Of a DNA stretch of 64,000 bases, positions 40,941 to 54,362 are shown piece after piece (the stretch's first letter is position 1; each line of letters begins with the position of its first letter). This DNA comes from Octopus bimaculoides (Eukaryota): NCBI RefSeq assembly GCF_001194135.2, contig NC_068984.1:31632589-31696588 (forward strand), read 5' to 3'. The notes beneath the pieces were generated by a model, which was not told the origin of the DNA, did no database searches, and worked only from the letters and a program-made list of their open reading frames with translations. A program made the translations under genes and the position numbers.

Positions 40941-41024
40941 GGAGCAGTCTCGAGTATAATCAGCCGAAATTGTGAAGATAATCTGGTACTCGACTGAAGA
41001 AAGAAAACTTCGAATGACCCGTCC
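40941..41024 (+). ncRNA. Type III-like hammerhead candidate
   Basis: GTC 40947-40949, TCGAGTA 40950-40956 paired with TACTCGA 40987-40993, CTGAAGA 40994-41000, AAG-AAAA-CTT, then CGAATGAC instead of GAAA. Confidence 0.45.
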
Positions 41025-41299
41025 TTGTTTTCTTTGTATCGTCTATCTGGACGTTTTGTTGTCCCATTTTTGTATCACCAAACTGTCCGGATGTTTTGCG
41101 TTCTTGTGCCATTTTGTATTTTTTATATATATATATGATGAAGGGGATGTTTCTATGTGGCCTGCTTGTTTGTTGCACCTTGTTTACCATTTTGTCCATG
41201 TTCTTTTGCCACGTCATGTACCCAGTTATGTATCTATATGTACATGTAGATGAACGTATATACATACATGTACATATATATGCATATACTCTTATATTG

Positions 41300-41342
<43 letters not shown>

Positions 41343-41385
41343 TGAGAATTTACAAAAAAACGAAAGACGAAGACAGATTTCCGAC

Positions 41386-42020
<635 letters not shown>

Positions 42021-42967
42021 TACATACATACATACATATATACATACATACATACATACATGCATACATACGTACAGTGACGCGCGTAGACACATATATA
42101 GTTTTACATAATTACAGCCATGAATTATGGCTATACTGAGGTTCTACTACTAGTGTGATTCTTAGATTATGTCATTTCATTTCCTTGGCCTTTTCTCTGT
42201 GTTTGGTTTTGGCGAACGAGGGAGATGCACAACGTCTCCCTTATTTGCGATTCTTGCCGTGATATAGGTTCATATGGTATTTCGTAGAGAAATTTGTCTA
42301 TATCCAATAATATTCTGATTTACATTACTGTAAACAATATTTTAACTGCATATGAAATAAAATACCGTTCAATATAACTGCTTTATATTTCCCTTAAGAT
42401 TTTACTGGGTGTTTAACAGTCATTTTTCATTTTTGTTTGTCTACCTCAATTGCATCCATACATACTCTGGCTGATATCTAAAAGAAATAACAAATCACAT
42501 ATTTCCCACTATCTCTCAGTGTATGTACATATTTACATATACATACGTATATATATACACAGATACTTACACAGATATATGTTGGTGTAGTGTTATTGTA
42601 AATATACATATGCACATATGAATATCTGTAAGTGTAAATCAATTATTGTAATCTGTTTAATATTTCCTTTAACACAAATTTCATCAGTCAACAGTCAATA
42701 AAATATATTTACATACTCTTGACAGAAGCTCGACCTAATATTCATCACAGAAGGTCTAAACGTTTCCTTTTGTTTTATATCGATTAATCATTTCACCAAT
42801 TTTACATACGTAAATAAAGACTTGCGTAAAATTCAACCCAAACCAGGCGTTCACCCCGCCCAACTACAAACCTAAATATGTCTATGTGTATAGATGAAAA
42901 TTTATACGTCTTGATATATTAATACATACATATTTATATCTATCTATCTATCTATCTATCTATCCAA

Positions 42968-43031
<64 letters not shown>

Positions 43032-43036
43032 ATAGC

Positions 43037-43054
<18 letters not shown>

Positions 43055-43067
<13 letters not shown>

Positions 43068-44342
43068 ATTTACTTTAATGCTATTGACACTCTTGATCAC
43101 AGCTCATTAAAAACAGTGGACAGTTTCTTGGCAACCAAGTTTTTTCGGTGTATGACGCAATGGACACTTAACATGTTTGCGTTTTCATCCTACGTAATTT
43201 TTAAGCATTCCGTTTTTTTTTTGTTTTGTTTTTTGCCCATCATAGCAGGTGCACCGTCTGCCGCGCATGACAGTAAGTTTTCTTTTGGTATTTTGTTTGC
43301 ATCCAAATAATGTTTAAGTTTGCTTGGATATCCTTTGCAGTTGTAGTTGTTTCCAATGATTCACAAAACAACATCTCTTCCTGAGAAGCCGCGTGCTCAA
43401 AATATCTCACGTAAGTCAATAACAGGGCATCACTGTCCCGAAATGTGGATTTGTAATGAGAATGTTCGTAGCTGGTTTTCAACATCTTGCTCCATTTCAT
43501 CAATTCTGTTGGAGACAATATTATTACTGAGTGGCATGGCCCTGACATGTCTATCATCTTTTTTTTTTTTTTTTTTTTTTGTACAGATTTTAAGCATATT
43601 GAGCGAGCTGGTTTAATCAGTTGCTCTCCAATAGTGTGATACTTTCCATGGTTTGCTACAAGCAGGGAGATTTCGTTGCTGATTTTGAGGACACGAGTGT
43701 GAGATACATGCTGTGCAGCAAATAGTGAGGTGAGTTTTGTTCGGTTTTCAAAATTTTCTTTCATTAATTTGAAGTACTCTAAATCTCAATTAGAATTGTT
43801 AGGATGTCTTATCTCCAAGTGCGCTTTTAGCCTGCCTGCTTTCATCGACTCATTGCTCATTTTCTAATGACACAATAGACAGAACGGTTTACTCTCATCA
43901 TGCTGGTCGGGAATAAATCCAAACTTCAAAAACTCTACCGAATATTGACGAGTCTTCTTGCTTTGTTTACTCATTAAAAAATAGGGCTAACACAAGTCCA
44001 AGAAATGAAGATTTTTGCACAGCATAGAAAGAAAGAGATTCGAAGAATCAATCAGCAATAGTGAACAGAGTTGACTGCTGTTTTTATAAACGCTTGACAC
44101 TGGACAATAGATATTGAAACAGAAACAAATGCCTAACAAATGCAGACACCTCACTCGGCACGCTGATTTGTCGTTGCTACATCGATTCCCATGGCGAGTT
44201 TTTTTTATATTTTCATTTCAATGTCCAAAGATTATCCTAGGGTCAACAAGCGTATGCTCAAGTCACTTGCAAAACTTTTCACAACCCACGCTAACGCACG
44301 CCCCACACCAATTTTCCCACTCCCCACTTTGGAAAAACAATG
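43055..44342 (-). mobile_element. hAT (Buster/Charlie-type) transposon, 5' half, decayed
   Basis: ATG at 43974: MSKQSKKTRQYSVEFLKFGF..KPFCLLCH*KMSNESMK..LKAHL (BED finger); HTIGEQLIKPA; PLSNN; EEMLFCESLETTT; ADGAPAMMGK; HCVIHR.NLVAK. TIR-like CATTGTTTTTCCAAAGTGGGG at 44342. Confidence 0.9.
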
Positions 44343-44689
44343 GTTTAAAGGCTATTTTATATTTAGCCCAGTTCTCTAGGTTTGAGTTGAAGTAGCGACT
44401 TGGTTAGCGTTGCTTTCATACTTTTAAGTGTTATATTGGTACGTTAGCATCGGAGTTACCTTGTGATTCTTTGTGATTCTTGTTTCATCTCTCAGCATTC
44501 AAAGTTCAAATTCTGCCCCCTGCTAACTTAAAAATAGATGAGAACCTTAATCAAGTGTCCCTGGACATCGCGTGCTAACCTACTCCAACAGAGTAGGGAA
44601 TGCAAAGGGGTTGAAATCTGTTGTAGACACCAGATATGACACACATATATGTGAGTGAGTGAACGTAGGCTTGTATATCTATTATTTTT

Positions 44690-45099
44690 ATTTTATTTTT
44701 TACATGTTTCAGTTATTAAATTGCAGTCATGCTGCAGCATCGCCTTGAAGAATTATACTCGAACGAATCGAGGCCACAACTTGACTTCTTGTTTTCAAGC
44801 CTGGTATTTATTCTACCGCTTTTTTTTTTAAATTTATTTTTGCAGAACCAGTAAGTTACGTACACAGAACCCCAGTTGGGAAATGGTGGTTTGGGACAAA
44901 CAAGGATACAAACACACACATAAACGCGCACACACACACACACACACACACACAAATACACACATAAAAATCGGCTTCTTTCAGGTTCTTTCTACCAAAT
45001 CACTCACAGAGGCTTTGGTTAGCCCGAGGCCGTAGTAAAAGACAAGTGCACCCTGTGGTTAGGAAGCAAACTTCTTACCACTCAGCCCACAGCTACGCC
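44690..45099 (-). mobile_element. tRNA-headed SINE (family A), diverged
   Basis: Reverse complement aligns with 63339-63716. Confidence 0.78.
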
Positions 45100-45111
45100 T
45101 GTCTATATATC

Positions 45112-46339
45112 TGTAAGGGACGACCGTGCGAACTCAAAAAGGAGAAATGGTGACGAATGGAAAAACAGAGGACTCCTTTTATTTAAACGCGTCACACGGT
45201 CGAACACACTATAATATATCGAAGATGATATACTAATATGTTATACGACGATAACATAGATGACCAGTAATGAAAGACCACAACCGTATTAGATGAATAA
45301 CAGAGATATTTATTGTAGCGTTAAAGATGCATGTCTGTGTGAGAGTGTGAATGCGACATATAAGAACATTATCAAAGACAGGCCGTCATACAAAGAAAAG
45401 TGTGTATGTGAGTGATACATGTGTGTGAGTTATTACAGCAAATAGAAAGAGTCAGTAAATGACACGTGAGCGATTATACCAGTTCGTTAGTACACTATAG
45501 GAAAAGTTCTGTATGTGAAAGTGAGTTGGCTGAGTGTGGCAGAGCTGATCACTAGTTGTGATGTCGTGGCATCGATGCCGGGCCGTGATTCTTGTTATAC
45601 AGATGTTCGTCGCTGGCTGAAATTCTCGTCTGTTTATTTATCGTGGTGAAACTGAGTCACCTAACAGAATCGAAGAGAGAGATGTGCCGCGGATGTTTGN
45701 NNNNNNNNNNNNNNNNNNNNNNNNNNNNNNNNNNNNNNNNNNNNNNNNNNNNNNNNNNNNNNNNNNNNNNNNNNNNNNNNNNNNNNNNNNNNNNNNNNNN
45801 NNNNNNNNNNNNNNNNNNNNNNNNNNNNNNNNNNNNNNNNNNNNNNNNNNNNNNNNNNNNNNNNNNNNNNNNNNNNNNNNNNNNNNNNNNNNNNNNNNNN
45901 NNNNNNNNNNNNNNNNNNNNNNNNNNNNNNNNNNNNNNNNNNNNNNNNNNNNNNNNNNNNNNNNNNNNNNNNNNNNNNNNNNNNNNNNNGGAACTGCTGC
46001 TGCTGTCGTGTGGTACACGGAACAGTTCTCAAAGAGAAACTGGACCGAGACAAATTTGTGGGGTATGAGTTGATCTATTTATAGCGTTAAGAGGGCTCCA
46101 AATGGCTTCAGAATTTTACTCTATCACGTGACCTTATTAGGGGCCGTGATTGGTCAGTTTGCGTTCTGGCGGGAAAGGTTCGAAGAAGTTGCCGATTCGA
46201 ATAATGATCAGTCACGTGATGACAAGGTTAATGTTTTCCCCTACGTTCGCGTTTGTTTATATTTAAATGAGAAGAATGGCGATAGCAGTTTTGTATCTAA
46301 TGGCGATAGGTATTAGAGACTATAGGTAGTTTCACTACA
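45112..46339 (-). mobile_element. Solo LTR (TG...CA, 4-bp TSD), interrupted by N-gap 45700-45989
   Basis: TATC|TGTAAG...ACTACA|TATC; on the minus strand, TATAAATAG (~46075-46083), CCAAT (~46150) and AATAAA (~45178-45183) fall in the expected order. Confidence 0.75.
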
Positions 46340-46843
46340 TATCTATCTACACAAACATACACACACACATACGACTACAGGTATATCAAATACCATACTA
46401 TATACGACGTCTTCTCTACTCACACTTTCTTCTCTCTTGCATATTTTTTGCTCCTCCATTCAAGGCCCAGCCTCTTAGCTATCATCGACCAATTTTAAGT
46501 ATCTCATTTCCGTTCATAACCCGCTATAACGATTTTACTAACTCTCTCTTTTCGAGAACGCTACAACGTCGGCATTCTGACATGCTCTCCCTGTTCATGT
46601 CTTTTCTGTAGGCGTTACTTTTTAAATGTTCAAGAGGAGTGTTATCCTAGGGATTTCACTGTACTTGGAAATCCTGTATAAATATTTATAAACGCTATAA
46701 AGGAAGCGCACAATACGTAAAGGCAAGCATGGTAACCACCATACTTTTCGCTCAGTCTTTGTGAATTAAACAAACAAAACAGATTAGACTTAGCAACTCA
46801 CACACATAGAAAACGTTGCATATTTTTTCACAGGTATATATAG

Positions 46844-47130
46844 GGACCGTAGCAGGTGTAGTAGTAACCACAGTAAAAATGGCTAATGATGCAGACCTTC
46901 ACTACTACTACTGATTCCGATTTTCACCGGTCGCAGATAAAGGCAAAGCCTGAAGGGAGGCAAAGAAAATTCACTTCCTCACGCTGCCATTTTAAACAGG
47001 TTGCAATAACGATCATGAAGCTGTGATTCTTTATCAGTGGACCAGCCGGGGCCTTAAACTACAGTAGAACCATATCGTTTTGCATGAACAGTGAGGAATC
47101 TTCATTCCATATGGCAGACATATACAGTTG
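46844..47130 (+). repeat. Left arm of ~290-bp inverted repeat (partner 48278-48568)
   Basis: ggaccgtagcaggtg..ttcaccggtcgcagat.aaggcaaagc.tgaagggag.caaagaaaattcact..cgttttgcatgaacag..catatacagttg is present in both orientations. Confidence 0.88.
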
Positions 47131-48277
47131 TTGTTGTAACCAGGACGCCAGGACCTATATGTACTGGCTATAGTCAAGCACCGCTCAAGATTTTATAATT
47201 GTGAAAGTCATATCGTTCAAATACTTGATATTTAGTAATCTGCTCCAGCTGGGACATCAAACGATTCATAATATAGAAATTGACCAGGATCGAGAAAAAC
47301 TAAGGAAGCGATCGTTCTGTATATGAACTATAAATAAAACTATCTTAGAAACATATTGAAAACATTTTGAGAATGATATGCTACCTTATGTTGGTATGTA
47401 CAGAGCCATATACACACTCACTCAAACATATTTCCTTTATGTTAATTCATGCTGTAACAATGACATTTTTTTTATTCCAATGTCAAGTATCAATGCATTA
47501 TTTTTTAAATAGCTTAAACCATCTGAGAAAAATATCTTTATAATCTTTTGCTATTTCATATCACAATAGCACACACATCATCATAACCATGATAGCCATA
47601 TCTAAAAGATAACGTATATCATTTCATGTAGATTTACCTTACGCTGTTATCAGAAATTCTATAAAAACCAATTCTAACATTACCACTCGGGACTAAACTC
47701 CTATGGCAGTAAGAAACAAGCTGAAGAAGCTGAACAGTTTAAATGGAAATAAGTGGAATATTTAAATATTTTCTGGTATTAAAGCATTAATTCATACATA
47801 CACTGTATAAAGTATTGGAATACATCAGAGCTCTATACTTCATAGTACTGCTGCATTATTTTGCTTTATTTTACTACATTGAGTGAGCAAGGGTTGCCCA
47901 TCCAGCAGAGTATCTTTGAGCACAACATTGTGTCTTATAAAAAGATGCAGATAGGATGGTCATGGCTAGAAGGACTTTTCACACGTCTACACAATCGAGG
48001 TTGACCAAGGGATAAATAACAACAACAATAACAACAACTATACCTAATTTAAGGCAACGAAGATACCGTCATACAGCAGGTAAGATACCTTCATACAGCA
48101 ACCCGTACTGCTAGAGATAACTGGCGAAACTCTCTCACACCCTATCATATTTAAACTGAATGAAACTTTGAATAATAGGATCCTCGTTGCATTGTGCTGC
48201 CTGGATAATGTTTACAAGTGGAATGTCTTTTATCATAGTTCTTTTTTTATTTTAATTCGACTTACAAAAACTAACTG

Positions 48278-48568
48278 CAACTGTATATGATTACCAAATG
48301 GAATGACGAGTCCTCTCTGTTCATGCAAAACGATTCGTTTGCGCTGATGCTTAAAGTGCTGTCTGGTCCTCTGGTGAAGAATTACCTCAGTTTCTTGATT
48401 ACTGTTGTAACCTGTTTAAGGTAGCAGCGTGAGAAAGTGAATTTTCTTTGGCTCCCTTCAAGCTTTGCCTTGATCTGCGACCGGTGAAATTTGGAATCAG
48501 CAGTAGTAGTAAAGGTCTGTATCATTAGTCATTTCTGTTGTGGTTTACAACTGCACCTGCTACGGTCC
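48278..48568 (-). repeat. Right arm of ~290-bp inverted repeat
   Basis: See left arm. Confidence 0.88.
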
Positions 48569-49689
48569 ACTACCCTCTTTCTTTTTTTGCTTTTCCTCTT
48601 CTTCTAAGCAGAAAGCGGAGGTCTTTCCAATCACTGATGCTGCAACTGGATCTTCTATTCTGCATCGCAGTCTGATCGACCTCAACGCAAGGATGATTTT
48701 CTTGTCTTCAGGGTCATTAAGGTTGAATATCTATACTGGTATCCACAAGTCAGCGCTGACCACTTGTTCATTATCGTGCTCAAAGGTATCATAAAGCAAG
48801 GGTAGACACCAATGCCAATATCTCTGGTAATCACCTTAGCGTTCTTCAAACGCGTGTATTGTGACAGCAGGTGATAGGCAACCCATCAGTTGTATGTATA
48901 CTCTCACCTAACAATAGGTTTTAATAGCAGGTAAAACCTTCAATATAACTTCACTATTCAATGCAACATATATTCCTTTGCACAGTGTCCAACGCCTCCT
49001 CTAAATCTGTGGCACACTGAAGACTCATATATTATTTTGAAACAACTGAAATGTGTGACAATATTTCCTAGATAAAATCAATGGGCAGGAAAAAACTGTC
49101 TATCATGTCATACTTTGTCCTCTTACTGGCTCCATCTGAGTCTGTTTTTTTTTAAACATAGCATTAATAAATGATGGAGTATTTTGGTGTTGATGTTTGT
49201 GTTATTGTTCATGCTGTTTGTTTTTTATTCTTTACATCTTCAACATTATTCCGGTTTTATTTTTTCACGTGTAAATGTTTATCTAAGCTTCAAGCTCTAT
49301 CTATGTTTTTGAAGATGTTCCAATTGAAAATGATTTAGGGATGTGTTTGTTTATGTCATTGCTACTATCCCTATGCCGAGTATTTTATTCAGCTTCTGTG
49401 GCAGCCATTTTACAACATGTGGACAAACTGCAATAAATATTCGGCAAAAATATGTAAACGTCTTAAAATATCTAAAAGTATAATTTCTTCCCAGCCAGGT
49501 AATGTGTGAAAATATTTCTTTAATAAAATCTGACAAAATGGGTGAATCATAGTGTATTCTAGTTACAAATGGCAATAGTATCACTTTCTTTTATGCCAAC
49601 AATAGCGACAGTAAGAACTGCAATAACAACAATATCTACGGCATCAGTAATAACTGTTTCTAATATACGTACTTGCCTAGAAATTTAGC

Positions 49690-50148
49690 GAAAACGGTAG
49701 CCGATTAAATCGATCTCAGTGCTTGATTGGTGCTTTATTTTATCAACAGAGGGATTCAAGGTAAATTTGACATCGGCAAGATTAGAAGAAAAAAAAGAAA
49801 ACAAAAGGAGAGTAGCCCAACTAAATCCAGCAAGCCAGACGCTAGTAACTCCGCCAATTGACCGTACTAAAAGAATCCGTCATAATAACCGATGCTCTAA
49901 CGATTCTACCAGCTGGCTGCCCATGTTATAAAGGTTTCAAATTTTGACACAAAGACAACAATTCTAAGAGAGACGGTTAGTTAAAGACATCGATCTCAAC
50001 GTTCATCTAGTACTCGTTTTATTGATCCCAAAAGGACGAAAGGCAAAGTGAACCGAGGAGTAATTTGAACTCAGAAGGTAAAGAGCTGGAATAAAATGTC
50101 ATTAAGAATTTTCTTCAACACTCTAATGATTCTGCGAGCTCACCACCT
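49690..50148 (-). mobile_element. Two degraded family B SINEs in tandem
   Basis: Reverse complements resemble the 37164-37590 head and body (49690-49925 and 49930-50148). Confidence 0.6.
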
Positions 50149-50587
50149 TGTTGCCCTGGTTGTAATAATAACTAAACACAAAGGCGAACCGACTAGGTAT
50201 AGCCGTAAGAGTAGCAGCAACGCTAGCGGCAATTACAATATCTACAGCAACAATAAACAAGAGGAAACATTAATAACATCCATATGTGATAAAATAAGCA
50301 CCTATAACAACAATCAATCCTCAAACACAAACAATAACACAGGTAATAAATTCAATAGCCATGATGAATGAATTGGACAACAATAAAACAGTGACAATAA
50401 AAACAACAAATCATCTGAAATTAAATAAATAAGCATCTATCATCATTACATTGATTGTCTTCCTAGTTTGACAAGAATGGTAATATTAGAAAATTTACAC
50501 ACACACACACACACACACACATTCATGTATACATGTACATTTATATATGTACATGTATGTCTATGTATAGATATGTATATATATATA

Positions 50588-51529
50588 NNNNNNNNNNNNN
50601 NNNNNNNNNNNNNNNNNNNNNNNNNNNNNNNNNNNNNNNNNNNNNNNNNNNNNNNNNNNNNNNNNNNNNNNNNNNNNNNNNNNNNNNNNNNNNNNNNNNN
50701 NNNNNNNNNNNNNNNNNNNNNNNNNNNNNNNNNNNNNNNNNNNNNNNNNNNNNNNNNNNNNNNNNNNNNNNNNNNNNNNNNNNNNNNNNNNNNNNNNNNN
50801 NNNNNNNNNNNNNNNNNNNNNNNNNNNNNNNNNNNNNNNNNNNNNNNNNNNNNNNNNNNNNNNNNNNNNNNNNNNNNNNNNNNNNNNNNNNNNNNNNNNN
50901 NNNNNNNNNNNNNNNNNNNNNNNNNNNNNNNNNNNNNNNNNNNNNNNNNNNNNNNNNNNNNNNNNNNNNNNNNNNNNNNNNNNNNNNNNNNNNNNNNNNN
51001 NNNNNNNNNNNNNNNNNNNNNNNNNNNNNNNNNNNNNNNNNNNNNNNNNNNNNNNNNNNNNNNNNNNNNNNNNNNNNNNNNNNNNNNNNNNNNNNNNNNN
51101 NNNNNNNNNNNNNNNNNNNNNNNNNNNNNNNNNNNNNNNNNNNNNNNNNNNNNNNNNNNNNNNNNNNNNNNNNNNNNNNNNNNNNNNNNNNNNNNNNNNN
51201 NNNNNNNNNNNNNNNNNNNNNNNNNNNNNNNNNNNNNNNNNNNNNNNNNNNNNNNNNNNNNNNNNNNNNNNNNNNNNNNNNNNNNNNNNNNNNNNNNNNN
51301 NNNNNNNNNNNNNNNNNNNNNNNNNNNNNNNNNNNNNNNNNNNNNNNNNNNNNNNNNNNNNNNNNNNNNNNNNNNNNNNNNNNNNNNNNNNNNNNNNNNN
51401 NNNNNNNNNNNNNNNNNNNNNNNNNNNNNNNNNNNNNNNNNNNNNNNNNNNNNNNNNNNNNNNNNNNNNNNNNNNNNNNNNNNNNNNNNNNNNNNNNNNN
51501 NNNNNNNNNNNNNNNNNNNNNNNNNNNNN
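50588..51529. other. Largest assembly gap; other N-runs at 3441-3527, 7741-7930, 15309-15376, 19800-20116, 33196-33291, 45700-45989, 57182-57285
   Basis: N-runs; most are flanked by (TA)n or (GT)n. Confidence 0.99.
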
Positions 51530-51772
51530 ATATATATATATATATATATACATATATACACACACACACTTATATATACCAGATTTGTCTTCTCTCTCCT
51601 ATATCTATTCTTCTCCAATTTTTTTTTTTATTACCGTTCATTCGTGTACATGAGCGTAGGATGAAAACTTCGAAGATTCTTTCATTTTTTCTTGAGCATC
51701 AAACTAATATACTTTCTTTGTTGTTCCCTTACCTGTTATTATTTTTTTTGTTTTTGTAAAATTTTGCAGCAT

Positions 51773-53123
51773 ATCATCATCATCGCTTAACGCCCACTTT
51801 CCATGCTGGCATGGGTTGGATGGTTTTGACTGAGGGTTGGCGAGCCAGAAGTCTGCACCAGGCAACAATCTGATCTGCCAAAGTTTCTACAGCTGGATGC
51901 CCTTCCAACCACTCTGAGAGTGTTGTGGGTGCTTTTATGTGCCACCGGCACGAGGGCCAGTCAGGTGGTACTGGCATCGGCTATGCTCAAATGGTGCTTT
52001 TTGCATGCCACCTGCACAGGAACCAGATCGGCGGCACTGGTTACGACCATGCTCGAATGGTACTTTTTATGTGCCACTGGCACAGGAGCCAGTCAGTGGT
52101 CCTGGCAACGATCACACATGAATGGTGCTTTTAACGTTTCACTGGAATGGGTACCAATCAGGCGGTACTGTCATCGGCCACAACAGTGATTTCACTTGCC
52201 TCAACAGGTCTTCGCAAGCGTAGTTTATTGTCCTATGATTGAAGGATACTCTTAAATCGACTAGTTATACAGCACTATATAAGCCATGGTTATGGTCTTA
52301 CTTGGCTTTCCGGGTCTTCGCAAGCACAGCATATCTCCAAAGGTCTCAGTCACATATCATTGCCTCGATGAGGCCCAATGTTCGAAGGTCATGCTTCACC
52401 ACCTCATCCCAGTCTTCCTGGGTCTACCTCTTTCACAGGTTCCCACAACTGCTAGGGTGTGACACTTTTTCACACAGCTGTCCTCATCCATTCACAACAC
52501 ATAGCCATACTACCACAGTCGTCTCTCTTGCACACCACATCTGATGCTTCTTAAGTCCAACTTTTCTCTCAGGGCACTTACACTCAGTCGTGTATGCACA
52601 CTGACATTACACATCCAGTGGAGCATACACGCTTCATTCTTTGCAAGCTTGCGCATGTCCTCAGCATTCACGGCTCATATTTCACTTCCATGTAGCATGG
52701 CTGTTCGTACATATGCTTCATACAGTCTACCTTCTACTCTGAGCGAGAGGCCCTTTGTCACCAGCAGAGGTAGGAGCTCTCTGAACTTTGTCCAGGCTAT
52801 TCTTATTCTAGCAGCTACACTTTCAGTGCATCCTTCCCTGCTACTGACTTGGTCACCTCGGTAACAGAAGCTATCAACTACTTGTTATTCCCTCCCCCCT
52901 TTGAATGTGACTGAAGCTGTTCTCTCCACATTTTCAGTGTTTATTGCTCCTGAGCATTTGACACACACAAAAACTATCTTCCCAGTTAGCCTTCCTTTGA
53001 TGTTGCTGCACCTCCTATGTGTCCATAACTTATGGAGTTTCTACCAATGCCTTTTCTACAGATTGAGCAGGGCCATCTACATGAAGGGATTTGTGGCTTG
53101 TCTGCCTTCCTACTTATTAAGAC
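51773..53123 (-). mobile_element. 5'-truncated RTE-clade LINE: RT C-terminus, repeat-containing 3' UTR, (GAT)n tail
   Basis: VVDSFCYRGDQVS..ARIRIAWTKFRELLPLL..GRLYEAYVRTAMLHGSE..WYGYVL..GRPRKT; (CAT)n at 51773-51784. Confidence 0.9.
51928..52185. repeat. ~65-66-bp minisatellite x4 inside RTE 3' UTR
   Basis: Units start ggtgctttt at 51928, 51993, 52059 and 52124. Confidence 0.85.
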
Positions 53124-53124
53124 A

Positions 53125-53193
<69 letters not shown>

Positions 53194-53233
53194 ACTATCT
53201 ATCTATCTATCTATTTATCTATCATTTTATCTA

Positions 53234-53302
<69 letters not shown>

Positions 53303-54029
53303 ATAATACTGTTCTTGTAGTAAGTAACATGATATAATCTCATAATTTGTTTCAAATTCTAACAGTACACACACACTAAAACAATAATTATATGAAAGTG
53401 AATATATGTATAAATATAACCGAAAGTTCATATTTTTTGTTTTATTTTGAGTAGCACTTACAAATATGCAGTACGGGAATATCAAACTTTGACTCTGCTG
53501 ACTGGTTTGAAGCATAAACTAGATATTGCCATAATAAATTTGATAAAATGGTCAATTTACTTTATTAACTATAAAGAAAGTAAAGAATATTAGTTGTTTG
53601 CAATGTTCATCTGCTGAGATTTGTGTGAAAAACACAGTCACTTGGGATATATAAGTAAAAGTTCTTAGAGTGCAAATGGTAACAGAATTAACAGAATGAA
53701 TGCATACAGTTCTTGAAAAACCAAAACAATGCTTGATAAATAGTTTCGACTTTTTCACCTGCAAAACCTTTCAAAATCATGCATATCATTAGAATCCGTT
53801 TGAATAAAGACAAAGATAATTTTTTTTTTAAATATAGCTTTTGTTGTGTTTGATTCAGCATGTCTAGAGAAAAAAAGGGAAAATAGGACACAACTTTTAG
53901 CATATAGATTCATAAGCATCTTTTCTTTAAAGTGGTTATTAGAAATCGTTCCTATTATTTTAACAGCTGTATTGTATTTCTGTAAAGTAATTAATTATTC
54001 TGTGATAGAAAAACGATTTATTCTACTAA

Positions 54030-54067
54030 TGTCCTACAGAGGTGTCCTACAGAGGTGTCCTACAGAG
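54030..54067. repeat. 13-bp tandem repeat x3 (TGTCCTACAGAGG)
   Basis: Direct inspection. Confidence 0.95.
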
Positions 54068-54224
54068 TTTCAATGTTTATGACAAGAACTAATCCCATGA
54101 AACAAATTATTAAGTGCCAGGTTTTAAATGCAAATTATATTAGACATTCAATAATAAATCTCTGAACGAGGTATAAATACCCAGAAACCCGGATCCATGC
54201 GTATCACGTCAGATCGACGATGGG

Positions 54225-54362
54225 AAGGATGACTTCCCTTTGCAAATACCGACAGGGCATAGAAAGTGTGTCAATAGCCAGCTGGAGGAGATGTTCTCCT
54301 GGGGCTACAAGCTACAGTAGCATTCGTCCTTAGGGGTTAGCCGCATTTAAGTGGCAAATATA
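54225..54362. repeat. Second, inverted copy of the 3615-3790 repeat family
   Basis: gccagctggaggagatgttctcctggggct..aggggttagccgcatttaagtggcaa. Confidence 0.75.

Noticed and set aside
46834-46912. VYIGTVAGVVVTTVKMANDADL after an acceptor-like ttttttcacag, vaguely cadherin-like
   Set aside because: In-frame stops follow at the same positions in both inverted copies; no other cadherin motifs.
51928-52185. Regularly spaced repeats considered as a CRISPR-like array
   Set aside because: The units are degenerate along their whole length with no constant repeat/unique spacer pattern, and they lie inside a eukaryotic LINE UTR.
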